64,000 nucleotides of DNA from contig DAHVCH010000008.1 of the NCBI GenBank assembly GCA_027314165.1, positions 27,274 through 91,273 of the forward strand, read 5' to 3'. This DNA comes from Thermoplasmata archaeon (GTDB lineage Archaea > Thermoplasmatota > Thermoplasmata > Lutacidiplasmatales > UBA184). A program made the position numbers and the translations under genes. The first letter of the stretch is position 1; the number at the start of each line of letters is the position of its first letter. Positions 1 to 9,241 of the stretch are shown here, in pieces. The notes beneath the pieces are model-generated. The model did not search any database. It saw only the letters and a list, made by a program, of their open reading frames with translations, and was not told the DNA's origin.

Positions 1-615
1 CATCGGTCTCTTCGCGGAGGCGGGAGAGGGAGCCTCCGAGCGCATCCCCAGGTCATACGGGGAGGGCCGTAGGAACGCCAGCACGATGAGCGTCGCCACG
101 CCGATGACCATGGCCGAGAGGGCCACGGTCCACGGAAAGCCGAGGTAGACGACCAGGCTCCCCCCGACCGCAACCCCGGCCGCGAATCCCGCGTTGAAGC
201 TGATCCGGTACCAGGTGAAGGCCATGGTCCGCTCGGAACCCTTCTCCCAGTCCGCGATGTACGCGGCGAAGGCCGGGCCCGTCGCCGCGAGGACGCATCC
301 GGCGACCCCAGCTACGGCGACCCCAAGCACCAGCGAGTGGATCTGGAAGGCGTAGGCGAGCGCGGCCGTCGACGCGGCCTCCGCCGCCAGACTGAGCACG
401 ATGAGCCTTCGACGCCCGACCCGGTCGGTCCAAAGGCCTCCCACGAAGCCGAAGGGGAGCTGCACGGCCCCCAGTCCGACGAAGATGATCCCGAGCTCCA
501 GGTAGCCGACGTGGAGGATGGAGTACAGGAACAGGGCGAGGAACGGGCTGTAGATCGCCGCTCCGAAGGTACGGACCGCGTACCCTATCGAGAGCAGCCG
601 AAGGTCGCGCTCCAC
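1..615 (-). CDS. MFS transporter (N-terminal part; runs off the window edge)
   Basis: Not in the ORF track. Manual translation from GTG 615 gives VERDLRLLSIGYAVRTFGAAIYSPFLALFLYSILH...GLWTDRVGRRRLIVLSL..., with MFS motif A (G-x3-D-R-x-G-R-R) and successive TM helices. Open to base 1. Confidence 0.85.
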   Translation of the reverse strand, partial: MERDLRLLSIGYAVRTFGAAIYSPFLALFLYSILHVGYLELGIIFVGLGAVQLPFGFVGGLWTDRVGRRRLIVLSLAAEAASTAALAYAFQIHSLVLGVAVAGVAGCVLAATGPAFAAYIADWEKGSERTMAFTWYRISFNAGFAAGVAVGGSLVVYLGFPWTVALSAMVIGVATLIVLAFLRPSPYDLGMRSEAPSPASAKRPM

Positions 616-697
616 GTGAGGAACGGGGTGGGCTTCACGGATAATGTGACCCCCTAGGGGTCGAGGCCCTCGCTCACGGGGGGCCGGGGATCGAAGC

Positions 698-1315
698 CTA
701 GGCGCGCTCCGCGCGGTCCCGACGGGCGCGGCCCGCAGCACAGAACGGCGGCAGCTGGGACCCTCCGCCGCCCGCGTTGGACAGGGTGACCGGTCCCATC
801 CGCTCGTCCACGGCGAGGAACGCCTCCGCGACCGAGGCGAGGTCGCCCGGGGAGAGGATCTCTCTCGCCATGGGGAACAGCACGGTCTCTTCCTTGTCGA
901 TGTGAAGGTCCAGGAGCTGGTGGACCTCCCCGGCAGAGCGGAGGACGGTCCGCTGGGTCTCCGGGTCCTCCGCGTCCGAGGTCAGACGGACGGCGGCCTG
1001 CGCGAGGGCGCGCTGGAACCCCCGGAGCTCCTCGTGCTCCTGCAGGAGCATGCCGACGGGCCCGCCGTCGGAGGGGACGTGCCGCGCGAGCGCGGGGAAG
1101 AGCCCTTCCTCTTCCTTCGCCCCATGTCGTCGGTCCACGTCGTCCGCGAGGAAGGTCGAGAACCCCGCGACGAGCTCTGCATCGAGAGGGACCGTGCCGA
1201 CGAGCGCCTCGTACCGGCCCACGGCCTCGGAGAACGACCGCGTGCGGTCGCGGAAGGCGCGGTGCTCTACCATGAGCTGGGCCAGGGGGTCCTGCGCGGG
1301 AGAGGGGGCGCTCAT
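698..1315 (-). CDS. Hemerythrin/HHE cation-binding domain protein
   Basis: Motifs EH...RHGAKEEEGLFPAL...LLQEHEEL...HIDKEETVLFPMA, the duplicated H-x3-E-E-x2-LFP pattern of hemerythrin-like proteins. Confidence 0.85.
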   Translation of the reverse strand: MSAPSPAQDPLAQLMVEHRAFRDRTRSFSEAVGRYEALVGTVPLDAELVAGFSTFLADDVDRRHGAKEEEGLFPALARHVPSDGGPVGMLLQEHEELRGFQRALAQAAVRLTSDAEDPETQRTVLRSAGEVHQLLDLHIDKEETVLFPMAREILSPGDLASVAEAFLAVDERMGPVTLSNAGGGGSQLPPFCAAGRARRDRAERA

Positions 1316-1424
1316 GCCGCGAGGGACCGGAGCCGGCGCTTCAGCCGCTGGCCGTACCCGTGAGGGTAGAATCGGGTCCCCTGTCAGCCCGCCAAGCGTT
1401 CTTGTCGGGGAGAAGCGGTGCCGC

Positions 1425-4400
1425 CTAGGGCGCTTTCTTCTCTTCGGGTTTCGGGCGCGGGGCCGTCTTCTTGGAGTTCGGCTCTCGGCTCCACCCCTTC
1501 CAGATCCAGTCCTTCCCCAGGGTCAGGACCGCGGGGGTGAAGTAGAGCTGCACGACGAAGGCCTGCAGCAGGACCGCGAAACCTATCCCCAGTCCGATCG
1601 CCGCGAGGAGGCCGAGCGGCGAGGTCAGTCCCAGGAGCAGGAAAGCCCCGCCCAGGATCACGGCGGCCGCGACGATCACGCCTCCCGCATGGGTGACCGC
1701 GCTCCGTATGGCGCGCGAGCCTCGATTGCCGAGGATCCGTTCCTCCTTCACCCGGGTCAGGAGGAGGACGTTGTAGTCCATCCCGAGGCCCATGATCATG
1801 ATCAGAAGGATGAGGGGCAGGAGGAAGATCAGCGCCTCGTTCTCCAGGAACCCGACGACGAAGTACGTCCCGGCCCAGCTCCAGAGGATGGAGAGCCCGA
1901 TGACGCCCATCGCCAGGAGAGGGACGAAGATGGACTCGAGCATGACGAACATGAGCACCATGAGGCCCACGGCGGCGCCGATGAGCATCTCCTCCGTCGC
2001 GGTGTTCACCAGGGTGCGGATGTCCTCGGTCGTCGGAGCCGCGCCACCGTAGTAGACCTTCGCGATCCCGGGGTGACCCGACGCGTAGGTCTGGACGTTG
2101 GAGCGGACCGCGTTGAGGACGTCGATGGCGGAGGCCGAGTAGCCGCTGGCCGTGGTCTGGACGTTGAACAGCACGGTCTTGCCGTCCTGGCTCACGTACT
2201 GTCCCACGGTGGCCTCCAGACCGATCCGGACCGCGACCGGCTCGACCGAGTAGTTCATCAGGGCCGAGGCGGGGGCGCCTCCGCTGCCCACGAACGTGCT
2301 CACGGCAGCGACGCCGGGGGTCCCGTTCATCACCGAGACCAGGCCCGCCACTTCCAGGACGGTCTGGTTGTCGGGAACGCCGCCGGTGAGCACCGGAGCG
2401 GTGAACGTGACGAGCACGAAGCTCGGGGAGGTGGCCCCTTCCCCAAAGTCGTTGGTGAACTGGACGAAGCCCGCTTGAGCGGGGTTCGAGGCGGGCAGGC
2501 CGATGTTGGTGATGTCGTAGGAGACGGGGACCTGGAGCGCGACGACGACCACGGGGATCGATAGGAGCAGGATGAGGGCGATGACCGTCTTGGGGCTCCT
2601 CGTGGCGGACCGCCCCGCGCGGGCGATGTAGTCCTTGTGGGTCCGGATGCTCCGCTCCCGTCGCTCGGCGTAACGTTTGAACCGCGTGCCGGAGTTCGGC
2701 CAGAAGATCTTCGGTCCGACGAGACGTACGATCGCCGGGAGGACGGTCAGGTTGACGACGAGCGCGAAGGCCACCGCGATGAGGAGGCAGAGGCCGAGCT
2801 GCTCGAGGAAGCTGATGTTCGAGAGCGTGAGGGCGATGGCCACGACGATGACCGCGAGGCCGCTCGTCGAGATGCTCTGCCCCGCCCACCGGACCATGAG
2901 GTAGACCGCCTCCTCCGGGTCCTTGCCGCGGACCAGCTCTTCCCGGTACCGGGCGAGGAGGAAGACCGAGTAGTCGGTCCCGATGCTCATCAGGAAGACC
3001 AGGATGATCGACTCGATCTCCGAATTGAACGTGGTCACGAGCTTGCCCACCGCGAAGATGCCGGCCAGGCTCGCCACGAGGGCGATCCCGATCATCCCGA
3101 AGGCCAGCAGCGGGGCCGAAGGCGACCGGAAGTAGAGGAGCATGATCACGAGCAGCACGACGACGGTGAGGACGAGGAGCAGGCTCAGGGTGGAAGTGGC
3201 GAGGTCGTTCGTGGCCTGGTCCAAGGGCGCGGAGCCGGTGACGTAGGGCGTGAAACCGGTCCCCTGGAAGTGCTGGGTGGCGACGCTCTTGATCTCGTCG
3301 ACATCGGCGTACGTCACGATGGAGCCGTTGGCGGTGTAGGTGTCATCGACGTTGAACGAGACCGAGAGGAAGGTGGCGGTCCCCGACGGGTTGACGAAGG
3401 CCTTGAACATCTGACCCGGGATCGGCAGCGGCAGCCGGCCGAGCGGGTCGGCCTGCACCTGGAGCGCGACCCACGCCGAGACCTGGGCGGTGCTCGGGGG
3501 CGTCACCCCCGGGAACGCTCGCCAGGCCGTCAGGAGCCAGCTCGGGGCGACCCCGACCTGACCTCCCACCAGGTCGACCACGATGGGCTGCTGGGCCCAC
3601 GCGTTCGACCAGTTCGAGAGGTCGAGATGGCTCAAGACGAGGGCGGCCGGTGCGACCGCGGCGGACGTGGGGAAGAGGCTCGGAAGCACGGGCGCAACGT
3701 TGGCCAGGAGCGCGTCGCCCGCGCAGGAGGAGACGTTCATCGCGGAGAGGCATCCGCCGTGGATGCTCGCGTTGAACCCCGGGGCCGCTTGACCGGTCCC
3801 GTTGTAGAAGTCCGAAAGGACCGCCAACCCGAGGGGGTTGGCCGCGAGCTGGCTCTGGGTCGCTCGGTAGGCGGGCCAGTCCGCCGAGGCGGGGGGAGCG
3901 CCGCTCGGCAGTCCCGCGACCGCGAAGTTCCAGTTCCCGACGTAGACGGCCACCGTCCCCCACAGCAGGCCGGAGGTCTGGTTGATCGTCGAGGGGAGCG
4001 AGGGCGACGAGGTCAGCGACGGGGCGAGGAATCTCCAGGCGAGGGCGACCTCCCCTCCGAGGTAGGCGCCGTACGTCGAGTAGAGCGAATCGATCGAGGA
4101 GACGTTGTGGAGCTTCCGGTCCAAAGCCAACGACTGGGAGAGCTGGAGGGTGAGGTTCTTCCCGACGGGTCCGGCGATGTTGGACCCCTCGACGAGGATG
4201 ATCGCCGAGGAGGGGGACCCCTGGTGACCGGGGAACTCCTTGGCGAACTCGTTCTGGGCCACCACGCTCTGGTCGGTGCTCGGAAGGGGGTTCGAGAAGG
4301 AGCTCGAGATGACCGAGCCGACCTCGGAGGCCGGGAGCAGGCAGATCAGCACGATCGCGATCCACAGCCCGAGGGCGTGCCAGGGATGCTTGACGATCCG

Positions 4401-4466
4401 GTGACCGAGCCACCCGAGGGGGGAGTCGCGCCCGTGGCTCAGCGCTTTCTCGTCCTGTTTCGCCAC
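1425..4466 (-). CDS. MMPL family (RND superfamily) transporter, 1013 aa
   Basis: Two 1+5 TM repeats with IGTDYSVFLLARYREE and GLGMDYNVLLLTRVKEE signatures; large extracytoplasmic loops. GTG start. Confidence 0.92.
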   Translation of the reverse strand: MAKQDEKALSHGRDSPLGWLGHRIVKHPWHALGLWIAIVLICLLPASEVGSVISSSFSNPLPSTDQSVVAQNEFAKEFPGHQGSPSSAIILVEGSNIAGPVGKNLTLQLSQSLALDRKLHNVSSIDSLYSTYGAYLGGEVALAWRFLAPSLTSSPSLPSTINQTSGLLWGTVAVYVGNWNFAVAGLPSGAPPASADWPAYRATQSQLAANPLGLAVLSDFYNGTGQAAPGFNASIHGGCLSAMNVSSCAGDALLANVAPVLPSLFPTSAAVAPAALVLSHLDLSNWSNAWAQQPIVVDLVGGQVGVAPSWLLTAWRAFPGVTPPSTAQVSAWVALQVQADPLGRLPLPIPGQMFKAFVNPSGTATFLSVSFNVDDTYTANGSIVTYADVDEIKSVATQHFQGTGFTPYVTGSAPLDQATNDLATSTLSLLLVLTVVVLLVIMLLYFRSPSAPLLAFGMIGIALVASLAGIFAVGKLVTTFNSEIESIILVFLMSIGTDYSVFLLARYREELVRGKDPEEAVYLMVRWAGQSISTSGLAVIVVAIALTLSNISFLEQLGLCLLIAVAFALVVNLTVLPAIVRLVGPKIFWPNSGTRFKRYAERRERSIRTHKDYIARAGRSATRSPKTVIALILLLSIPVVVVALQVPVSYDITNIGLPASNPAQAGFVQFTNDFGEGATSPSFVLVTFTAPVLTGGVPDNQTVLEVAGLVSVMNGTPGVAAVSTFVGSGGAPASALMNYSVEPVAVRIGLEATVGQYVSQDGKTVLFNVQTTASGYSASAIDVLNAVRSNVQTYASGHPGIAKVYYGGAAPTTEDIRTLVNTATEEMLIGAAVGLMVLMFVMLESIFVPLLAMGVIGLSILWSWAGTYFVVGFLENEALIFLLPLILLIMIMGLGMDYNVLLLTRVKEERILGNRGSRAIRSAVTHAGGVIVAAAVILGGAFLLLGLTSPLGLLAAIGLGIGFAVLLQAFVVQLYFTPAVLTLGKDWIWKGWSREPNSKKTAPRPKPEEKKAP

Positions 4467-4587
4467 GCTCGCCGCCTCCGCGCGGGCCGGGGGGGCCGGT
4501 CTCAGGTCTTATGCTTTCGCCGACGCCCGGGCGCGGGGGCCGCGACGTGGCGCGGCCGCGCTCTCCCTCGGATGGGGATGGTCCCGC

Positions 4588-5838
4588 TCAGACCCGTTGG
4601 AGCAGCGCCACGGTGCCCTGGCCGCCGTCCGCGCACACGGAGACGATGGCCTTCGACCCCGAAGGCATCGCGGACAGCTCTTTCGTGGCCTGGCTCAGGA
4701 TCCGGGCCCCGGTGGCCGCGAAGGGATGGCCCAAAGCGATCGAGCCCCCGTGCGGGTTGACGCGGTCGTAGGGGAAGGTCCCGAGGTCGAAGTCGACCCC
4801 CGCCTTCTCCCGGCGGTAGACCGGGTCCATGAACCCCTTGATGTTGGCGACCACCTGGGCCGCGAACGCCTCGTGGATCTCCCACAGCTGGATACCGTCG
4901 GCCGTCAGTCGGTGTCGGGCCAGCAGCCGGGGGACCGCGCGGGCGGGAGCCATGAGCATGCCCTCCGTTCGGAAATCCACGGCTCCGACCTGCCAGTCCA
5001 CGAGCTGGACCGTCGGCTTGGCTCCGAGCCGCCCGAGCCCTTCGGCGTCCCCGACCCAGACCCCGGCCGCCCCGTCCGTGAGGGGCGAGGAGTTGCCCGC
5101 CGTGATGGTCCCCTTGCCGCTCCTGTCGAAGACCGGGGAGAGCTTGGAGAGCTTCTCGAAGGACGTGTCGCGTCGGGGGAAGGTGTCGTGGTCCACTCCC
5201 GCGTGGGGGACGATGAGGTCGGTGTAGAACCCGGTGTCCTGCCCCTTGATCGCGCCCTGATGGCTGGCAAGGGCACGGCGGTCCTGTTCCTCCCGAGAGA
5301 TCCCCATCTCCTTCACGGTCTCCTCCATGTGGTCGCCCATCGTGCGACCGCTCACCCGGTTCGACCAGCCGCTCGTCGGGAGATGGAAGTCCTCGGGCGT
5401 CAGCTGTCCGAAGGTCTCGACCGCCGCCGCAGGGTCCTTGGCGAACAGGCCGACGAGCTTCTCGGCCACCTTGTACTTGAGAGCGATCGGGACGTGGCTC
5501 ATGCTGTCCACGCCACCCGCGAGCGCGAGGTGGGCCCCTCCCTTCCCGATCATGCCGGCGGACTGGAGCGTGCCGATGAAGCTCGAGGAGCACGCGAGCA
5601 CCGTGGAGTAGGCCGGGATGGTCGGGTCGAGACCCGCCTCGAAGACGAGCTCCCGCGCGATGTTCGAGATCTCCGCATCGGGGATGACCTGGCCCCAGGC
5701 CAGGTGATCGGGCCTCGCCCGGGCGGTCATCGCCTTGAGGACCGGGACGGAGAGCTCGATCGAGGACTGGTGCGCGTAGGAGCTGCCGGCCTTCACGAAA
5801 GGTGTGCGCAGTCCCGGCACCAGGAAGATCTCGGTCAT
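4588..5838 (-). CDS. Acetyl-CoA C-acyltransferase (thiolase), TFE-beta/FadI-like class
   Basis: Start ATG 5838 (MTEIFLVPGLRTPFVKAG). Catalytic motifs ACSSS, HEAF, GHPFAATGAR and VCADGG. The ORF-track extension to 6666 is treated as spurious. Confidence 0.9.
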   Translation of the reverse strand: MTEIFLVPGLRTPFVKAGSSYAHQSSIELSVPVLKAMTARARPDHLAWGQVIPDAEISNIARELVFEAGLDPTIPAYSTVLACSSSFIGTLQSAGMIGKGGAHLALAGGVDSMSHVPIALKYKVAEKLVGLFAKDPAAAVETFGQLTPEDFHLPTSGWSNRVSGRTMGDHMEETVKEMGISREEQDRRALASHQGAIKGQDTGFYTDLIVPHAGVDHDTFPRRDTSFEKLSKLSPVFDRSGKGTITAGNSSPLTDGAAGVWVGDAEGLGRLGAKPTVQLVDWQVGAVDFRTEGMLMAPARAVPRLLARHRLTADGIQLWEIHEAFAAQVVANIKGFMDPVYRREKAGVDFDLGTFPYDRVNPHGGSIALGHPFAATGARILSQATKELSAMPSGSKAIVSVCADGGQGTVALLQRV

Positions 5839-6200
5839 CGGTGGGGCAAGAACGCCGGCCGCGTATGAAGCCAGAGGGTCCGAGCCCTCGCGATGCCGTC
5901 CTTCCGTCGAGGGACCCCCATCCTCCCGAGGGGCCGGGTCTCCTCGCTCGGCGAGCGTCCCGCTCTCCCCATCCGCCTCGGACCTTCCCCGACCCATCTT
6001 CCCGCTCGCGAGCAGCTTCAATAGCCGCCCCGCGGTGAACGTTGCAGCGCTGGGTGACGCCGAGGCCGATGGAGCGACTCCCCTTCCCCTACGACATCGG
6101 CCCGGGTCGCCACGAGGCGCGATCGGGGGGCTCCTCCATGCCCCTCCGCTCCGAGCCTGGACCCGCGTGGACCGCGAACGGAGGAGGCGCGGAAGCTCAC

Positions 6201-6611
6201 ATGGCCGGGCACGGGGGCGGAGGTGGGGGCGGCGGGGGCTTCCCCGGCCACCACGGACCGCCACCGGGCACCGGGGGCGGAGAGGGGCACGGGGGTTCCG
6301 GCCCGGGGTTCTTCCCGTTCTTCTTCCCCTGGTGGGGGTACTCGTCCTTCTACGCGAACCACACCTGCAAGAGCTGCGGGGAACAGGTCCCGAACGTGGC
6401 CAAGTTCTGTCCGTGGTGCCGGGCGCCCCAGGGAGGCCCGAACGCGACGGCCGCCCCCTGTCCGGAGTGCGCGGGGTCGACGGTGGCCGGGGCGCCCTAC
6501 TGCCCGCACTGCGGGACCAAGATCCCGTCCACCGAGTGCAGCGAGTGCCATGCCGAGCTCGACCCTCGCGCGAAGTTCTGCTCCGCGTGTGGCAAGGCCG
6601 TTCAACGCTGA
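6201..6611 (+). CDS. Zinc-ribbon (DZR-like) protein with Gly/His-rich N-terminus
   Basis: Six CxxC motifs (CKSC, CPWC, CPEC, CPHC, CSEC, CSAC), i.e. about three zinc ribbons. Start uncertain: in-frame ATG at 6069, 6138 and 6201; GGAGG lies upstream of 6201. Confidence 0.75.
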   Translation: MAGHGGGGGGGGGFPGHHGPPPGTGGGEGHGGSGPGFFPFFFPWWGYSSFYANHTCKSCGEQVPNVAKFCPWCRAPQGGPNATAAPCPECAGSTVAGAPYCPHCGTKIPSTECSECHAELDPRAKFCSACGKAVQR

Positions 6612-6740
6612 TCCGCGCCGCGCCCGCCCGTGATGCGGCGGGCCCGAAAGTCGCGTGGGGGGACACACGGCCCGACGACGCCCTTGGGCCCCCTCACGGG
6701 TCAGGGCACGACCATAGAACGCTCACGAACTTGTTCGAAC

Positions 6741-7532
6741 ATGGCCAGTTCGCGCGAGGAGACCTCCCGCACGCCAGAGGAGCTCTCCTTCGTCTCCAAG
6801 CTCCTGCAAGAGGACCTTGCGCTCACCGCGCCACCGGTCCAGGTGACCTACCTGGACGCGCGACCGGCCGGGCCCGTCGAGGTGGGGGCGCCTCTTCCCT
6901 CGGTCTGCAGCTACTTCATCGCCGGCCGGGAGAAGGTGCTCGCTGCGGACAAGGCCGCGCACGAATCGTGCGAGATCGGGGCGTTCGTCCTCGGGATCCC
7001 CCCGAAGGGAACGCTCGGGTCCCGGCTGGGCTCCACCGTGGAGTTCTTCGAGCGCGTGGGGTACCTCGCGCACGGGGAGGCCGCTCGGATCCCCAGGAAC
7101 CCGCATCCCCCTTCCTGGGTGCTCTACGCCCCTCTCGGCGGCGCCCCTCAGGCCCCCTCGGTCGTGCTCTTCACGGTCTCTGCGCGTGGCCTGATGCTCG
7201 TGGTGGAGGCGACGACCCGCGGTGAGCCGGGGTTGCCTCCCGCCCCCCTGCTGGCGCGCCCGATGTGCGGTCTCGTGCCGGTGCTGCTCTCCGGAACTCC
7301 TGTCGCGATCTCCGTCGGCTGCGCGGGCTCCAGGGTCCACACCGGGATGCGCGATGACGAGGTCATGGTCGGCGTCCGAGGCGACGCCCTGATGGCGCTC
7401 GCGGACCGCATCCATCAGCTACGCCGGGCCAACGAACTGGTCTGGAAAGAGGAGGCCTCCCGCCGCTCGGACTTCCTGCAGATCCAAGGGGCCTCGCCCG
7501 CCCGGGCGGCCGCTTCTCCCAGGCCGGCCTGA
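6741..7532 (+). CDS. DUF169 family protein
   Basis: L-x-L-x2-PPV start, SVCSY, HESCEIGAFVLG, RPMCG, SVGCAGSRVHTGMRDDEVMVG pattern recalled for DUF169. ATG 6741. Confidence 0.75.
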   Translation: MASSREETSRTPEELSFVSKLLQEDLALTAPPVQVTYLDARPAGPVEVGAPLPSVCSYFIAGREKVLAADKAAHESCEIGAFVLGIPPKGTLGSRLGSTVEFFERVGYLAHGEAARIPRNPHPPSWVLYAPLGGAPQAPSVVLFTVSARGLMLVVEATTRGEPGLPPAPLLARPMCGLVPVLLSGTPVAISVGCAGSRVHTGMRDDEVMVGVRGDALMALADRIHQLRRANELVWKEEASRRSDFLQIQGASPARAAASPRPA

Positions 7533-7552
7533 TCCCCTCCCGCCGGTCGCGC

Positions 7553-7598
7553 GTGCGGTGCGCCCGTGCGGTGCGCCCGTGCGGTGCGCCTGTGCGGT
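7553..7598. repeat. Tandem repeat of 13-bp unit GTGCGGTGCGCC(C/T), about 3.5 copies
   Basis: Units start at 7553, 7566, 7579 and 7592 (partial), between two convergent stop codons. Confidence 0.9.
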
Positions 7599-7615
7599 CG
7601 GGCCTTCTTCGCCGT

Positions 7616-8494
7616 TCAGGCCGCCCGGGCACCCGGACCGAACCCGTACCGGAGGAACAGGAGGTCCCCTCCCCTCCGCACGGCTCGAAGCTTGCCCCAG
7701 AGCGGGCGGTCCGGCCCGAAGGTCCGGCCTTCGACGAGCCCGAGACGTCGGGAGGCGCCGTCACGGCCGGCCACCTGCGGGGCGACGGTGAGGAACAGCT
7801 CGTCCAGAAGGTCGTCCTGCAGGAAGTCGGCCAGGAGGCTCGGCCCGCCCTCGAGGAGGATGAGACGGGCGCGCCCGTTCCGCGCGAGGCCGCGGAGCAC
7901 CGTGCTCGGTCGGATCCGGGGCCCCTTCCCCCCGACCCACACCGCGGGCCCCCCCGGGAGCGTTCCCCCGGTCGGGGGCCCGGGTGCGAGGAGCCGGGAC
8001 TTGCCCCGGGGCGTCGTGACGATGAGGGAGGGCTGGTGGGGGACGTGGAAGGCCGGTTGGCTCCGGTCCACCCTGCCGGTCGCGGACACCACGACCAACC
8101 CCGGCTGCGGGGCGAGCCCCATGCGGGTCCGAAGGGAGGCGTAGGCCGCGCCAAGGGGGGCGAAGACCGCTCCCGGGGTCCACAGGTGGCGGGGAACCGC
8201 GCGGAAGGTCCCCGCGCCGACCACGACCACGTCTGAGACCGCCCGCAGGAGGCCCATCATCATCCGGTCGTGCGGGTCGAGGGCGGTGATCGCGCTCCCG
8301 CCGGAGCGCGGCCCGTCCCCTCCGAGCGAAACGACCCCGTCCACGGTGCTGGCGAAGTTGGCGATGACGTGCGGCCTCCCGGCATGTCGGGGGAACCGGA
8401 CCTCTCCGCAGAGCCGCGACAGCTCGCGAGGCAGGGGAAGGGGGCTTCCCGGGCTGCGGTCGAACAGGTCCACCAACGGGGACGGCAGGGGCAT
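7616..8494 (-). CDS. RibD C-terminal / dihydrofolate reductase family (pyrimidine reductase-like) protein
   Basis: VIANFASTVDG, LLRAVSDVVVVGAGTFR, LEGGPSLLADFL, DELFLTVAP are RibD_C signatures. Confidence 0.88.
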   Translation of the reverse strand: MPLPSPLVDLFDRSPGSPLPLPRELSRLCGEVRFPRHAGRPHVIANFASTVDGVVSLGGDGPRSGGSAITALDPHDRMMMGLLRAVSDVVVVGAGTFRAVPRHLWTPGAVFAPLGAAYASLRTRMGLAPQPGLVVVSATGRVDRSQPAFHVPHQPSLIVTTPRGKSRLLAPGPPTGGTLPGGPAVWVGGKGPRIRPSTVLRGLARNGRARLILLEGGPSLLADFLQDDLLDELFLTVAPQVAGRDGASRRLGLVEGRTFGPDRPLWGKLRAVRRGGDLLFLRYGFGPGARAA

Positions 8495-8650
8495 CGAGGC
8501 CGGGAGGCCCCGGGGCTATTACTGCGCCCCCGCCCTTGGCCGGGGACCGGTCACGGACCGGGCCGGTTTCCCGGGGGGCAGGGGAGGGAACGGAGGTCCG
8601 AGGGCGGCCGCGCGACGCGCGGGGCACGGCCCTCGGGGGTGGTCGCGGTC

Positions 8651-9169
8651 TCAGTTGACGGAGATCTTTCGCTCCGGGACCGGGTGCGCCTTGGGCACGG
8701 TCACGCGGAGCGTCCCGTCCTTGTAGTGGGCCTCGATCTTCTCGGACAGGACCGGTTCCGGAAGCTCGAAGACCCGTTGGAATCCCTGGTAGGTCCGTTC
8801 CCGACGGACGTAGCTCTTCCCGTTCGACCCTGTGGTCTGAGCGCTCTCCGCGCGGATGGAAAGGACGTTCCCGTTCCATCGGATGTCGATCTGGTCCTTG
8901 GGGACCCCTGGGAGGTCGGTGTGGATCTCGTAGGCTTGTCCCCGGTCCTCGATGTCCGAGAGCGCGGGAAGGAACGGGAGCGACCTCTCGTCCCTCGCCC
9001 CCGCCACCGCGGCGAAGGGATGGGTGGGCCAGAAGGAGGAGAGGATCTCCTCGCGCAATCCGTCGAGGAGCCGGTCCATCTGGGACCCGCCGGTCTCCAC
9101 AGGGGCGGTCTCCGCAGGCGCGATCTCCGCGGGCGCAGCTCGGGGTCGGACGCGCAGTTTCGTGGTCAT
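8651..9169 (-). CDS. hsp20: Small heat shock protein (Hsp20/alpha-crystallin)
   Basis: DIED...DLPGVPKDQIDI...ERTYQGFQRVFELPEPV...AHYKDGTLRVTVPK. ATG 9169 preceded by SD GAGGTGA at 5-nt spacing. Confidence 0.93.
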   Translation of the reverse strand: MTTKLRVRPRAAPAEIAPAETAPVETGGSQMDRLLDGLREEILSSFWPTHPFAAVAGARDERSLPFLPALSDIEDRGQAYEIHTDLPGVPKDQIDIRWNGNVLSIRAESAQTTGSNGKSYVRRERTYQGFQRVFELPEPVLSEKIEAHYKDGTLRVTVPKAHPVPERKISVN

Positions 9170-9216
9170 GTTCTTCACCTCGGCAAGGTGGCCGATGTTA
9201 GGCAAGAGTATGTGGG

Positions 9217-9241
9217 ATATTGTATTAAAAGCTTTAGTATT
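9217..9241. promoter_or_regulatory. AT-rich divergent promoter (TATA-box candidates on both strands) for hsp20 and the surface protein gene
   Basis: GATATTGTATTAAAAGCTTTAGTAT island in a very GC-rich background; TTTTAATA on the minus strand upstream of hsp20. Confidence 0.6.

Noticed and set aside
6061-6105. Fluoride-riboswitch-like GCCGATGGAG start
   Set aside because: The pseudoknot strand and the conserved downstream TAA/TGA-x-x-CCT elements are missing, and no crcB/fluc-type gene follows; kept only as a generic hairpin.
5839-6666. N-terminal extension of the thiolase (692-aa ORF)
   Set aside because: The extension is low-complexity and antisense to the zinc-ribbon gene; thiolase homology starts at MTEIFLV (5838).
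7553-7598. Possible CRISPR array
   Set aside because: 13-bp units are directly adjacent with no spacers, and no cas genes are in the window.
9190-9205. HSR1-type heat-shock operator (CTAAC-N5-GTTAG) upstream of hsp20
   Set aside because: Only one half-site (GTTAG/CTAAC) is present.
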